A DNA stretch of 64,000 nucleotides from an uncultured Anaerolineaceae bacterium (GTDB taxonomy: Bacteria > Chloroflexota > Anaerolineae > Anaerolineales > Villigracilaceae), in contig CAYJLS010000001.1 of the NCBI GenBank assembly GCA_964371065.1, positions 4,383 through 68,382 of the forward strand, given 5' to 3'. The notes beneath the pieces were generated by a model that was given only the letters and a program-made list of their open reading frames with translations, was not told the DNA's origin and made no database searches. Positions 45,309 through 55,190 of the stretch are shown piece after piece (positions within the stretch are counted from its first letter, which is position 1; every line of letters starts with the position of its first letter). The position numbers and the translations under genes were made by a program.

Positions 45309-46274
45309 TTACTTTTCTTCCTTCAGCGCTTCCTGTTTGGCTTTGCGCCTGCGGTTGGCGTTGCGGACCGCGCGGACGATGAGCCAGATGGGCAGGCCGA
45401 AGACGAGGGCGATGGTGAGCAGTTTCGGCAGGAAGTTCACCACGAAGACGATCAGGAAGTCTACGAAATCCTGCCAGAAGTAGATCAGGTTCTGGATGGC
45501 GTCGCGCAGGGTGCCTTCGGGTTTCCAGCCTGCGATCTCAAGCGGCTTGACAGTTTCTTCGGCAACCAGGTGAACCGAGATGGCCGAGAGCGCGACAGAT
45601 TCTTCGAAGTATTTCATCTGGCCTTTGATGGACTCGATCTGTCCGCGGATGGAGGTCAGTTGGTTGAAGACGTTCAACACATCCTCGGTCTTCTCGGCCT
45701 TCCGCATGATCTCGGTCAACTGGGCTTCGGCGGCTTCGAGGTTCTTGAGTTGCGACTCGAGGTCCACGTATTCGCTGGTGACATCCTGTCCGCTCTGCGT
45801 CTCAGCCTGGACTTCGACCGCGTCGGCCTTGATGGTTTTGAGCGCCTGATCCAGTTTTTCGGCGGGGACGCGGATGACCACGCTCGCCTCGGGGACGGGC
45901 AGGCCGCTGGGCGCGTAGGACTGGTACAGGTTGGACGAGACCACGAACCCGCCCAGTTCCGCGGCCAGGTTGGTGATGGCGGTCATGGCGGCTTCGGGAT
46001 CCTTGACCACGATGGACAGGTCGGCGTTCTTGATGACGAGGCGTTCGCGTCCCGAGGCGTCCACGTTCCCACCGCCGGCCTTGTTGGATTCGGGCGCGCG
46101 AGCCGCTTCTGTCGGCATGGCGGCGGGTTGCTGTGGGGAAACCCCGTCGCCGCCGCCCATTCCATACGGAGGTTGTTCAACAAAGGACGGTTCAGACGCG
46201 GCTTGAAGCGCCCTCTGGCCGCAGGCGGCCAGCAAAAACGCGGCGATCAACATGACAAACAGGGTTCGTTTCAT
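45309..46274 (-). CDS. DUF4349-type lipoprotein with C-terminal TM
   Basis: Lipobox LAAC; RLVIKNADLSI, QDVTSEYVDLES, IESIKGQMKY. Confidence 0.85.
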   Translation of the reverse strand: MKRTLFVMLIAAFLLAACGQRALQAASEPSFVEQPPYGMGGGDGVSPQQPAAMPTEAARAPESNKAGGGNVDASGRERLVIKNADLSIVVKDPEAAMTAITNLAAELGGFVVSSNLYQSYAPSGLPVPEASVVIRVPAEKLDQALKTIKADAVEVQAETQSGQDVTSEYVDLESQLKNLEAAEAQLTEIMRKAEKTEDVLNVFNQLTSIRGQIESIKGQMKYFEESVALSAISVHLVAEETVKPLEIAGWKPEGTLRDAIQNLIYFWQDFVDFLIVFVVNFLPKLLTIALVFGLPIWLIVRAVRNANRRRKAKQEALKEEK

Positions 46275-46348
46275 TTTCTCTTCTCCTTGTGATTCGGCGA
46301 TTTCTCGCCCAAAGGACGAACCGTTCTTTGTAAAAGTTCCGGGGGGGG

Positions 46349-46470
46349 CAGGTAAACAGGTACACAGGTAAACACGTAAACACGTACACAGGTAAATACG
46401 CAATACGTACTACGTAACTATCAAACTACCCAACTATCAAACTACCCAACTACCCAACTACCAAACTACC
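46349..46470. repeat. Octamer arrays GGTAAACA and AACTACCC with heptamers between
   Basis: Visible periodicity filling the intergenic region. Confidence 0.85.
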
Positions 46471-47202
46471 TCACCACCCCTCCGCGATCCTGGCCGCATG
46501 TTTCTCGGGCATGCCCAGTTCACGGATGCGCGCCTGCACCGCGGGGATATCGTACTCCACGCGGCGCGGTTCCCAGGTGCGCGCCTCGGGATCGAAAATG
46601 GCATAGGCGGCGCGCGGGTCGCGGTCGCGCGGCTGTCCCACCGAGCCGGGATTGAAAATGGCGCGCGGCGTCATCGTCATTGCTTCGCCCGGTTTGGGCG
46701 CATCCATCGCGATGCGGTTCCTCTCCACATCCAATTGGAACAGGCATTGCAAATGCGCGTGTCCCACAAAACAAAACGGCGTATCGAAATAATCGAAATT
46801 CAGGCGCGCCGCCAGCGAGTTCAGCACATATTCCCAGATCGGGTCGCGCGGCGAGCCGTGCACCAGGGTCACCTCGCCGCGCGTCAGCGTGCCATCGGGC
46901 AGGGAGCGCAGGAACTCCATATTGTCGGCGGTCAGCACCCGCGCCTGCAAATCCAGCGAACGACGCGCCTCGCCGTTGAAAGCCGAGAGGGGCATCCTGC
47001 CGAGCAGGGCTACATCGTGATTGCCCAGCAGGCAGGTGAGATGCGGCCTCTCGCGGATCGTCTCCACGCACAAGTTTGGGTCGGGGCCGTAGCCCACCAT
47101 GTCGCCGAGGCACCACGTTTCATCCACCGCGCCCGCGTCGGCGAGCACGGCTTGCAGGGCTTCGTAGTTGGCATGGATGTCTGAAATAACGAGGATGCGC
47201 AT
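46471..47202 (-). CDS. Calcineurin-like metallophosphoesterase
   Basis: SDIHAN, GDMVGYG, GNHD, VHGS, VGHAH, NPGSVGQPRD. Confidence 0.93.
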   Translation of the reverse strand: MRILVISDIHANYEALQAVLADAGAVDETWCLGDMVGYGPDPNLCVETIRERPHLTCLLGNHDVALLGRMPLSAFNGEARRSLDLQARVLTADNMEFLRSLPDGTLTRGEVTLVHGSPRDPIWEYVLNSLAARLNFDYFDTPFCFVGHAHLQCLFQLDVERNRIAMDAPKPGEAMTMTPRAIFNPGSVGQPRDRDPRAAYAIFDPEARTWEPRRVEYDIPAVQARIRELGMPEKHAARIAEGW

Positions 47203-48416
47203 TAAGTCTCCAGCAACGCCGCAAGGCGCACAATGATGGTCTCCGCCACTTCGGTTTTGCTCATTAGCGGCAGGCTTTCCTGCTTCCCATTTGCAAACAA
47301 TAATGTGACGCGATTGGTCTCCGCGCCGAACCCCGCGTCGGAGGCGGAGATGTCGTTGGCGGCGATCATATCCAATTTTTTGGACTTCAACTTTTCGGAC
47401 GCATTCGTTAAAAGATCCTGACTCTCAGCCGCGAATCCCACCGTTACCCGGGGACGCTTCTTCCTGGACCTCGCGCGGGATACCGCTTCAAGGACATCTT
47501 CCGTGGCTTCGAGCGCGATCTGCGGAATCCCGTCGCGCTTCTTCATTTTACTCGGCGCGGACAGTTTTGGGCGGAAATCCGCGATGGCCGCGGCCATCAC
47601 CAGCGCGTCGGCATCGGACGATTCGGCCAGCACGGCCTCCAGCATCTGCCGCGCCGTCTCCGCGTGGACAACCCGCGCGCCGACGGGCGGAGTCAGCGAC
47701 GAGGGCGCGCTGACCAGCACAACGTCCGCGCCCGCGTCCAGCGCGGCCTGCGCGAGCGCGTAGCCCTGTTTGCCGGACGAACGATTGGTGAGCACACGGA
47801 CGGGGTCGAGCGGCTCCTGAGTCCCACCAGCGGAGATAACAACCTTTTTAGCGGCGAGCAGGCCAGCCCGTCCAAGAACGAGGCGCAGGTGGCCGATAAT
47901 TTCGTTCGGTTCGAGCATCCGTCCGAGGCCGGAAAGTCCCGAGGCGAGATGTCCCTCGGCGGGACCGATGATTGTCGCGCCGCGTTCGAGGAGGGTCGCG
48001 AGGTTGGCTTGCGTCGCGGGCGCGTCGTACATCCCGCCGTCCATCGCGGGTGCCAGCACGAGAGGCGCGCGATTCGCCAGCGCGGTAATCGTCAGCAAAT
48101 TATCGGCGAGACCGTGCGCCAGTTTGGCGAGGGTGTTGGCGGTGCAGGGCGCAATGACGAGCGCGTCCGCCGCGCGCACCAACCCGACGTGCAGGATGTG
48201 CGCTTCGCCGCCCCACAGGTCGGCGTCGGTGAAGGCGCGGCGGCCCGTCACCGACTGGAAGGTGAGCGGCGTGACGAATTTCTCCGCGCCCGAAGTGAGG
48301 ATCACATCCACGAGCGCGCCCGCCTGCGCCATTTTGGAGGCCAGGTCCGCGGCTTTGAACGCCGCGATGGAACCCGTGACGCCGAGCAGGATGTGTTTGT
48401 TGGTGAAGAGGGACAT
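47202..48416 (-). CDS. coaBC: Bifunctional PPC decarboxylase/PPC synthetase
   Basis: GVTGSIAAFKA, GGTQEPLDPVRVLTNRSSGKQG, MAAAIADF, GFAAES; TATAAT 6 nt upstream of ATG. Confidence 0.96.
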   Translation of the reverse strand: MSLFTNKHILLGVTGSIAAFKAADLASKMAQAGALVDVILTSGAEKFVTPLTFQSVTGRRAFTDADLWGGEAHILHVGLVRAADALVIAPCTANTLAKLAHGLADNLLTITALANRAPLVLAPAMDGGMYDAPATQANLATLLERGATIIGPAEGHLASGLSGLGRMLEPNEIIGHLRLVLGRAGLLAAKKVVISAGGTQEPLDPVRVLTNRSSGKQGYALAQAALDAGADVVLVSAPSSLTPPVGARVVHAETARQMLEAVLAESSDADALVMAAAIADFRPKLSAPSKMKKRDGIPQIALEATEDVLEAVSRARSRKKRPRVTVGFAAESQDLLTNASEKLKSKKLDMIAANDISASDAGFGAETNRVTLLFANGKQESLPLMSKTEVAETIIVRLAALLET

Positions 48417-48670
48417 GGGTTAATTATAACCCCCTCCCTACCCTCCCCCATTTCAAAGTGCGGAAATGGGGGAGGGAGAAGCGCGCTATGAACATGAGAT
48501 GTTGTTCTCTTCCCAACCTCTCATTCCCCTTCCCCCAAATCCGTTCTTCGATTTGGGGGAAGGACGGGATGGGGGTCAAGGGTTCGAGTGAAACATCACC
48601 TCAACCCCCTTCATGCTTACCATGTGACACAAACCAGGTTTCTTGCATCGCGAGAAACCTGGTTTATAAC

Positions 48671-49663
48671 TCAACGACTTGCCAGCGTACTGCCCATCAG
48701 GATGCCGTTGACCCAGTAGAAGCCTGTATCACTCGAAGGCAGAAGATCGTAGGTTACGAGGCCGCCGTACGGCAGGGTTTCTACGCGGATCACAAGTGCG
48801 CCGTCCAGAAGATTGCCCACTTTGAGATCGCCCAGCCTGCGCCCATCCGCGGTGGGATGACCGGGCGAGGCCCACAGTTCCCGTCCATCATCCAGGACGA
48901 TGTGAACGACCCGATGACTGGCAGGCGCAACCATGTTTCCCACCCTCAAAATCACTGCGGAGACGCGCTCGCCCGCCGCGTTCATCGTCCAGACCGAGTC
49001 GCCGGGGCGTAGGTTTTCCACAGCCTCGGGTCCGCGCGGCGTGTCAATCGAAATGCTCGCGGCGAGGCAGATCGGGCAGGAAGGGAAACTCGGATCACGT
49101 TGCTCGACCTTGATCCTGCCATCCCCGTCAATGGCGCCGGAGATCATGAAACCGGACTGGCCTTCCGTTCCCGTCTGCAATTGGAACTTGTATTTTTCGC
49201 CAACCAGTTCGAATTGGATGGCGGCCAGTTTCTTGTGCTCGCGATAGATGAGCAGTTTTTGTTCGTCTGTGAAGGCCGTCAAGTCGCTGAGACCGTTGTG
49301 GTTCAGGATCGCATTGAACTCCTCCGCGTTGGCTTGTATTTCGGGGAAGCGTTCCTGCGCCAGAACATTTTCATCTTCGCGGGCGATTGGATAATAATCG
49401 GGATCGCAAAAGAAGAAATCCGGGTACTCTTCCAGCAGGCGGTACTTCAACTCGGTGGGCGAGAGTCCCGATGGCAGGGTTGGGATGGCGGTTGCCGGCG
49501 CGGGCGTGGGGACAGGCGCCTCCGTCCCGCCTCCAATGCCGGGGATGACTGTGGCCTCGGGCATGACCGTCATGACTTTCGCGGTGGAAGTCCCTGAATT
49601 CGACGGACTGCACGCGGCCAGGAGGAATGTAATGGTGAGGGTTAGGGTAAATAGTTTTTTCAT
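48671..49663 (-). CDS. Lipoprotein with C-terminal Hint (intein-like) domain
   Basis: Lipobox LAAC; CLAASISIDTPRG..VENLRPGD block A; ASPGHP block B; TYDLLP..FYWVNGILMGST end. Confidence 0.85.
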   Translation of the reverse strand: MKKLFTLTLTITFLLAACSPSNSGTSTAKVMTVMPEATVIPGIGGGTEAPVPTPAPATAIPTLPSGLSPTELKYRLLEEYPDFFFCDPDYYPIAREDENVLAQERFPEIQANAEEFNAILNHNGLSDLTAFTDEQKLLIYREHKKLAAIQFELVGEKYKFQLQTGTEGQSGFMISGAIDGDGRIKVEQRDPSFPSCPICLAASISIDTPRGPEAVENLRPGDSVWTMNAAGERVSAVILRVGNMVAPASHRVVHIVLDDGRELWASPGHPTADGRRLGDLKVGNLLDGALVIRVETLPYGGLVTYDLLPSSDTGFYWVNGILMGSTLASR

Positions 49664-49719
49664 GGGGATATGCTCCAAACAGTGGACGATTTGATATTGG
49701 ATTTGTTCCACATTATCCT

Positions 49720-50184
49720 TCACAGAATTTTCTGAAACACCACCTCGTATCTCTTCATCTTCTCTCCCTCATACACAAACTTCGCCGAGAAAAATTTCCC
49801 CTCGCGGATCCACGGCATGAAGACGTGGTCGCTTTCCCACAGTGGCAGGGACTCGACCTCGTCGTCGGGAATCCACTTCAGATATCCCTCGTTCGATTCG
49901 ATCAACTCGCCCTCGAATTCGTCCGCGGTGAAGGTGAACACATACCAATCGTCGCCTTTGAAATTGGGGAACATCAGCAGGCCGACCAGTTTCGAATTCT
50001 GAATCGTCAATCCCGATTCCTCACGCACTTCGCGGACGATGCACTCCTCGGGCGTTTCGCCTGATTCAAACTTGCCGCCCAGCCCGTTCCATTTCCCCGC
50101 GTGGATGTCGTTCTCCTTTTTGACGCGGTGAAGCATGAGCGTGTGGTCGTCGCGGTGGAGGTAGCAGAGGGTAGCGAGAATCAT
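49720..50184 (-). CDS. Nudix hydrolase, 8-oxo-dGTP diphosphatase-like
   Basis: GGKFESGETPEECIVREVREESG Nudix box; LWESD. Confidence 0.92.
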   Translation of the reverse strand: MILATLCYLHRDDHTLMLHRVKKENDIHAGKWNGLGGKFESGETPEECIVREVREESGLTIQNSKLVGLLMFPNFKGDDWYVFTFTADEFEGELIESNEGYLKWIPDDEVESLPLWESDHVFMPWIREGKFFSAKFVYEGEKMKRYEVVFQKIL

Positions 50185-51218
50185 CCAAACATCCTCTCCA
50201 ACCCCACATCCACATGATCCCTCCACGACGTGTAATTATGCGCGCCGCCGTATTCGTGATAGGTGACATCAAATCCGCGCTCGCGCAGGAGCGGGAGGAT
50301 GCGGCGATTGTCTTCGAGCAGGAAGTCCAGCGTGCCCACGTCCATGTAAATACGTGGACGCGCGGGCGCGTGGCGGATCAACTCCACGGCCACGAAGTCG
50401 CGGCCCTCGGTCTCGAACACGGCGGACTGGCTGAGGACACGTCCGAAGATTTCGGGCAGGCGCAGTCCCGTGTACATCGCCATCAGTCCGCCGAACGACG
50501 CGCCCAGCACGCCGAACGCGCCCGGCTCTTTCTTCACGTCGAGCAGGTTCATTTCACGGTTCGCAAGCGGCAACACGTCATGCTCGATCCACGCCAGGGT
50601 CGCGTCGGAGCAGGCGTATTCCACGCCGCGGCGCGCCCCGCCGTTGGGCAGGAACGCCATCGCAATCGGGCGGATGTGCTTCGCCGCGATCAGGTTGTCC
50701 ACGATGACGGGCAGTCGTCCGCGGCGCAGGTAGTCGGGCCCGTCGTAGACGATCAGCAACGGGACGCGCTCCTCGACGGGCGGATGGTAGAGGGTGACGC
50801 GTCGCTGGCCGGGATGCGCGACCATCCACGTTTCGACGGTGTGACGGGACACGCGTCCGCGCGGGACTGCGGGCTGTCTCCGCGTCAACGGCGAGGGACT
50901 CGCCTCGGGCATGTAGAAGAAGTGGTTGTAGTTGCCGAGTCCGTTCCAGGTGCGACGCGGGTTGAGCGGATCGCGGAAGCGCGTTTTCGTCGCCGGGTCG
51001 TAGAACGCGTACTCGAAGTACGCGTCCCGCGGCAGGTCGAAGGAGACCGCCCACAGCTTGGGAAAGACGCGAGCCAACTTTAGCGGATTCTCCTCCCAGC
51101 CGTGGAGGTCGTCTATCAGGCGCGGCGCGGAAGTCCCCTCCCACAGAAACGTGACCGTGTTCCCGTCAATCAGCGGATGTCCTTCCGATTGAGCGCGTGT
51201 GAGAAGATTCTTTTTCAT
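50181..51218 (-). CDS. Fes/enterochelin-esterase-like alpha/beta hydrolase with N-terminal beta domain
   Basis: YDGPDY, GASFGG, GAHNYTSW. Confidence 0.88.
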   Translation of the reverse strand: MKKNLLTRAQSEGHPLIDGNTVTFLWEGTSAPRLIDDLHGWEENPLKLARVFPKLWAVSFDLPRDAYFEYAFYDPATKTRFRDPLNPRRTWNGLGNYNHFFYMPEASPSPLTRRQPAVPRGRVSRHTVETWMVAHPGQRRVTLYHPPVEERVPLLIVYDGPDYLRRGRLPVIVDNLIAAKHIRPIAMAFLPNGGARRGVEYACSDATLAWIEHDVLPLANREMNLLDVKKEPGAFGVLGASFGGLMAMYTGLRLPEIFGRVLSQSAVFETEGRDFVAVELIRHAPARPRIYMDVGTLDFLLEDNRRILPLLRERGFDVTYHEYGGAHNYTSWRDHVDVGLERMFG

Positions 51219-51221
51219 AGG

Positions 51222-52121
51222 TCAGACCAAAAAGAGAATGAAGACGCCCGCCATCGCCAGCAGAGTCCCAGCAATGGCCTGCCAACCGAGGCGTTCCTTG
51301 AAAATGAAGTGACTGATGGGCAGGATGAAGATCGGCGAGAGCGAGGTCAGCACGCTGGCGACGCCGACCTCCGCATGTTGCACTGCGAGGAGCGAGGAAG
51401 TCACGCCCAGCACGGGACCGACGAACGCGGCCAGCGCCAGCAGTTTGAGCGCGGATGGATTTTTTCGCAGGGTTTGGATCGTGCCGCCAATTTCTCTTTG
51501 GAAGGCGGCCATCACCCACAAGGCCAGCGCCGCGGCGGACATGCGGATGACATTGCCCTGGAACGGCGAGAAGTCACCCGCCATGCCCTGCTTGGAAAAG
51601 ACGTAGCCCGTGGCCTGCCCGACCGCGGCGAGGATGCCAAACATCACCCCGCGCGCCGCATGCGGATGCGGAGTCTCCGGTCCGCTTCCGCGCTCGAGGA
51701 TGACCCAGACGATTCCGCCGAGAGCGAGCGTGATGCCGACCATCTGCACGAGGGTCAACGTCTCGCCGAAGAACAGCCAAGCTTCGAGAATCCCGATGAC
51801 GGTGGAGAGACTGAGGAGCAACATGCCGATGCGCGGACCGATCAGCAGATAGGACTGAAACAGGAACGCGTCGCCGAGCGCCAGTCCGATCACGCCCGAA
51901 AGCGCGAGCCAGGACCAGCGGCTCACGTCCGCGCCGAGGGGAAGCGGCTGGCCGAAGAGAACAAGGTTGATGAGAAGCAGGTACGCGAACGCGAACAGGA
52001 CGCGCATCCGATTGGAGATGACCGAGCCAACCTGCCGCCCGGCGCGCGTGATAACCATGGCATTGACAGTGTACATGAGGGACGTCAGGATGCCTGCGAT
52101 TTCGCCGATGTAGGAAGACAT
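51222..52121 (-). CDS. DMT/EamA-family transporter
   Basis: 10 TM, two EamA halves (LGDAFLFQSY, LTSLSPIFIL..FKERLG). Confidence 0.9.
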   Translation of the reverse strand: MSSYIGEIAGILTSLMYTVNAMVITRAGRQVGSVISNRMRVLFAFAYLLLINLVLFGQPLPLGADVSRWSWLALSGVIGLALGDAFLFQSYLLIGPRIGMLLLSLSTVIGILEAWLFFGETLTLVQMVGITLALGGIVWVILERGSGPETPHPHAARGVMFGILAAVGQATGYVFSKQGMAGDFSPFQGNVIRMSAAALALWVMAAFQREIGGTIQTLRKNPSALKLLALAAFVGPVLGVTSSLLAVQHAEVGVASVLTSLSPIFILPISHFIFKERLGWQAIAGTLLAMAGVFILFLV

Positions 52122-52220
52122 TGGGAATGGGTAAATGGTAATTGGTAATTTGGAGGAAGTGCGTCGCACCTTACTCGGGGAGATCGCCTACCCGTTGTGG
52201 TGCGACGCACTCGCGTATGG

Positions 52221-52829
52221 TTATTTGCTGAATGTTCCCATCAACTCACCCTGCGCGAGGATGTGACCTTGAATTGCGGCGAGAACATCTTTTTTATACG
52301 CGCTGGAAGAAAGCGAAAGAGTCGTGTCGAGCGCGTAGAGTTTAAAGAAGTAGCGGTGCGTGCCCGAGGGCGGACAGGGGCCGTCGTAGCCGATCTGGCC
52401 GCCGCTGTTTTTTCCCTGCCGGGCGCTGTTGACCAACTCGGCGTCCCGCGGGGTATTCTCCGGCCAGCTATGCGCGGAGGTTGGGATGTTGTAGAGCACC
52501 CAATGATCCCACGTGCCCGCGGGCGCGTCGGGATCGTCCACGATGAGCGCGAGGGATTTTGTGCCAGCAGGCGGTTCGTCCCACGCCAGCGGTGGGGAAA
52601 CGTTTTCGCCTTTGCAGGAATACTTGACGGGAATGGGTTCTCCGTAGGAAAACGCGGTACTGGTCAGGTTCATGGAGGCCTCCAAATCATCTGGGAATGA
52701 GGTTTCTTCGGTGATGGTGGAAAAGACTTCACCTTTCACCGGACCGAGCAGGTATAAGACAAGGCAGGCAATCAAAACGAAACTAAGTATGGAAAGACTG
52801 AAGATAATAAGAAGGGGTGGTTTTTTCAT
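52221..52829 (-). CDS. YbhB/YbcL (PEBP/Raf kinase inhibitor-like) protein
   Basis: DDPDAP, WDHWVLYNIP, YDGPCPPSGTHRYFFKLYALD. Confidence 0.93.
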   Translation of the reverse strand: MKKPPLLIIFSLSILSFVLIACLVLYLLGPVKGEVFSTITEETSFPDDLEASMNLTSTAFSYGEPIPVKYSCKGENVSPPLAWDEPPAGTKSLALIVDDPDAPAGTWDHWVLYNIPTSAHSWPENTPRDAELVNSARQGKNSGGQIGYDGPCPPSGTHRYFFKLYALDTTLSLSSSAYKKDVLAAIQGHILAQGELMGTFSK

Positions 52830-52835
52830 GGAGCC

Positions 52836-52876
52836 TCTCTCAAGACTTCCGAAGTCTCCAAGACTTCGGAAGTCTA
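52836..52876. repeat. Tandem palindromes AGACTTCCGAAGTCT / AGACTTCGGAAGTCT
   Basis: Two adjacent 15-bp palindromes overlapping the upstream stop. Confidence 0.75.
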
Positions 52877-53929
52877 CGGCAGATCCTCGCGCGTTACGCC
52901 GGGGAAATCGAGGATGTAGTCCGCTCCGTAGGCGCGGCTGGGAGTCTGGAAGCCGGGCTTGAGATCCTCGGCCAGGATGCGCTTGGCGATGGCAAGAGAG
53001 GTGAGCGCGGTCAACTGGTAGCCTTCGGGGACGCGCAACTTCGAGCGGACGGTGACCGCGCCGTCGGACGCTTCCGCGAGCAGGAGGGCGAATCCGTTCG
53101 TGCGGCGCTCCTCGCTCGGACCTGCCGGGCGGAATCGCAAAAACGATTGCAGGATTCGTTTGACGGGACGGTTGTAAAGCAACGGCCCGATCACGCGCAT
53201 GGCTTTTAATAGGTTGATGGCCGCGGGCGGAACCGCCATGTACGTTTCCACGTTGGGGATGCCCGTGCTGTGATATGCGGTGGCTACATCTCCCCAGCCG
53301 ATGGAAACCAATTTGACGGGACCGCGGCCGAAGTCACGTTCCTCCACTTTCCAGGCGGGAGGCACGGTGACAATTTTTCCGTCGCGGCGGACGCGTCCCT
53401 GCCGTTGCATGTTCTCGATGCCCGAGCGCGCCGTCCCGCGCGAGATTCCGCCGCCGACACTGCGGATGAAAAGTTTGAGATGGGTCGCGGAGGGGAGTCT
53501 GCGCTTCATGTGCGCGGCGAGACAGTCCGAGGGAACCACGTCAAAGCCTGAGCCGGGCAGGAGCATCACGCCCGCGGCTTTGGCTTGCGCGTCAAGCGGT
53601 GCGATGGCTTCGAATTCCTCGATCTCGCCGCTGATGTCCATGTAGTGCGCGCCTGTTCGCAGGCAGGCCTCCACCATTTGACGCCACGTGAGCACGAACG
53701 GCCCCGCGGCGTGGACGACCAATCCCGTGGTGCGCAGCGCGTCGTCGAGCGCGGACGCGTCCGAAAGCGGGATCACGCGAAAGTCCAGGGAGAGGCGTTT
53801 CGCCTGGGCGCGCAGACGCGTCTCGTCGCGGCCCGCCAGCAGAGGGCGGAGTCCCTCACGCACCGCGAGTTCCGCGATTAAATTTCCGGTGTAACCGTAT
53901 GAACCGTAGAGAAGAAATGTGTTGGACAT
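52874..53929 (-). CDS. Saccharopine dehydrogenase-like NAD(P)-dependent oxidoreductase
   Basis: LYGSYGYTG, LAGRD, HAAGPF, YMDISGE, GFDVVPSDCL; TATAAT 6 nt before ATG. Confidence 0.9.
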   Translation of the reverse strand: MSNTFLLYGSYGYTGNLIAELAVREGLRPLLAGRDETRLRAQAKRLSLDFRVIPLSDASALDDALRTTGLVVHAAGPFVLTWRQMVEACLRTGAHYMDISGEIEEFEAIAPLDAQAKAAGVMLLPGSGFDVVPSDCLAAHMKRRLPSATHLKLFIRSVGGGISRGTARSGIENMQRQGRVRRDGKIVTVPPAWKVEERDFGRGPVKLVSIGWGDVATAYHSTGIPNVETYMAVPPAAINLLKAMRVIGPLLYNRPVKRILQSFLRFRPAGPSEERRTNGFALLLAEASDGAVTVRSKLRVPEGYQLTALTSLAIAKRILAEDLKPGFQTPSRAYGADYILDFPGVTREDLP

Positions 53930-53976
53930 GAAGTGATTATACGCCAATGCCCTAAGTCTAAAGCAGATCGTTGTTT

Positions 53977-54064
53977 CGTCATTGCGAGGAGGGCGTACTT
54001 CCCGACGAAGCAATCCGCGTGTCGAGAGGAGATTGCTTCGGGAAGATCGCCCTCGCAATGACGG
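53977..54064. repeat. REP-like palindrome, copy 3
   Basis: CGTCATTGCGAGG..GAAGCAATC..GATTGCTTC..CCTCGCAATGACG. Confidence 0.9.
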
Positions 54065-54070
54065 ATGAAA

Positions 54071-55132
54071 TTAGCAGATGCGCGGCAACATTTCGCCCGC
54101 TAGCATATCGAGGATGCGGGTCGTGCCGATGGCCGTGCGAAGCAGGACGCGCCCGCGCGGCTCGCCGGTCACTTCGCCGATGAGGACGGCCTCTTCGCCG
54201 TACCGCGTGGCGCGCATGGCGGTCAGCACGCGCCCGGCATCCTCTGCCGCGACCAGCGCCACCAGTTTGCCTTCGTTAGCCACGTACAGCGGATCGAAGC
54301 CCAGCATCTCGCAGGCGGCATTGACCGCGGGATGCACGGGGATGGACTGCTCGTTCAGCGTGATGCAACAATTCGACTGCGCCGCGATCTCGTTGAGCGT
54401 GGTCGCCAGTCCGCCGCGCGTGGGGTCGCGCAAAACGTGGACGTTCGGACTGGCGTCCAGCATGGCTTCGATGAGACGGTTGAGAGGCGCAACGTCGCTT
54501 TGGATCTCGGACTGGAACCCCAACTCGCCGCGCGCGCCGAGGACGGCAATCCCGTGGTCGCCGAGCGGGCCGGACAGGAGGACTGCGTCGCCTGCTTTGG
54601 CTTCCGCCCCGCCGACGCGATGTCCCGCGCGCCGCACGCCGACGCCCGTGGTGGTGACGTACAACCCGTCCGCTTTGCCGCGCTCGACCACCTTGGTGTC
54701 GCCCGCCACGATCTGCACGCCCGCCTCGTCCGCCGCGGCTTTCATCGAAGCGACCACGCGCTGGAGGGTTTCGATGGGCAGACCCTCCTCGAGGATGAAT
54801 CCCGCCGTGAGATAAAGCGGACGCGCGCCGAGCATCGCCACGTCGTTGACCGTGCCGCACACGGCCAGTTTGCCAATGTCCCCGCCGGGGAAGAAGAGCG
54901 GCGTGACCACGTGCGAGTCCACGCTGACGGATAATCCCGCACCATCAATCTCGAGCGGCGCGGCGTCGTCACCGGTCCGCAGGATCGGGTTGTCGAACGC
55001 GGCGAGAAATGTCTTCACGATCAGGTCGTGCGACATCTTTCCGCCCGAACCATGTCCGAGCACGATCTGCTCGTTGTGCGTCAACGGGACGGGACAGACC
55101 GCGCCTTCGATGTTGATTGTTTCGTCCGTCAT
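54071..55132 (-). CDS. hypE: Hydrogenase maturation carbamoyl dehydratase
   Basis: HGSGGKMS, LFFPGGDIGKLAVCGTVNDVAM, RDPTRGG, C-terminal PRIC. Confidence 0.98.
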   Translation of the reverse strand: MTDETINIEGAVCPVPLTHNEQIVLGHGSGGKMSHDLIVKTFLAAFDNPILRTGDDAAPLEIDGAGLSVSVDSHVVTPLFFPGGDIGKLAVCGTVNDVAMLGARPLYLTAGFILEEGLPIETLQRVVASMKAAADEAGVQIVAGDTKVVERGKADGLYVTTTGVGVRRAGHRVGGAEAKAGDAVLLSGPLGDHGIAVLGARGELGFQSEIQSDVAPLNRLIEAMLDASPNVHVLRDPTRGGLATTLNEIAAQSNCCITLNEQSIPVHPAVNAACEMLGFDPLYVANEGKLVALVAAEDAGRVLTAMRATRYGEEAVLIGEVTGEPRGRVLLRTAIGTTRILDMLAGEMLPRIC

Positions 55133-55190
55133 AAGACCTCGGTGGTAAGTGGTAAATAGTAATTGGTAATTACCACTTACCAATCACTAA

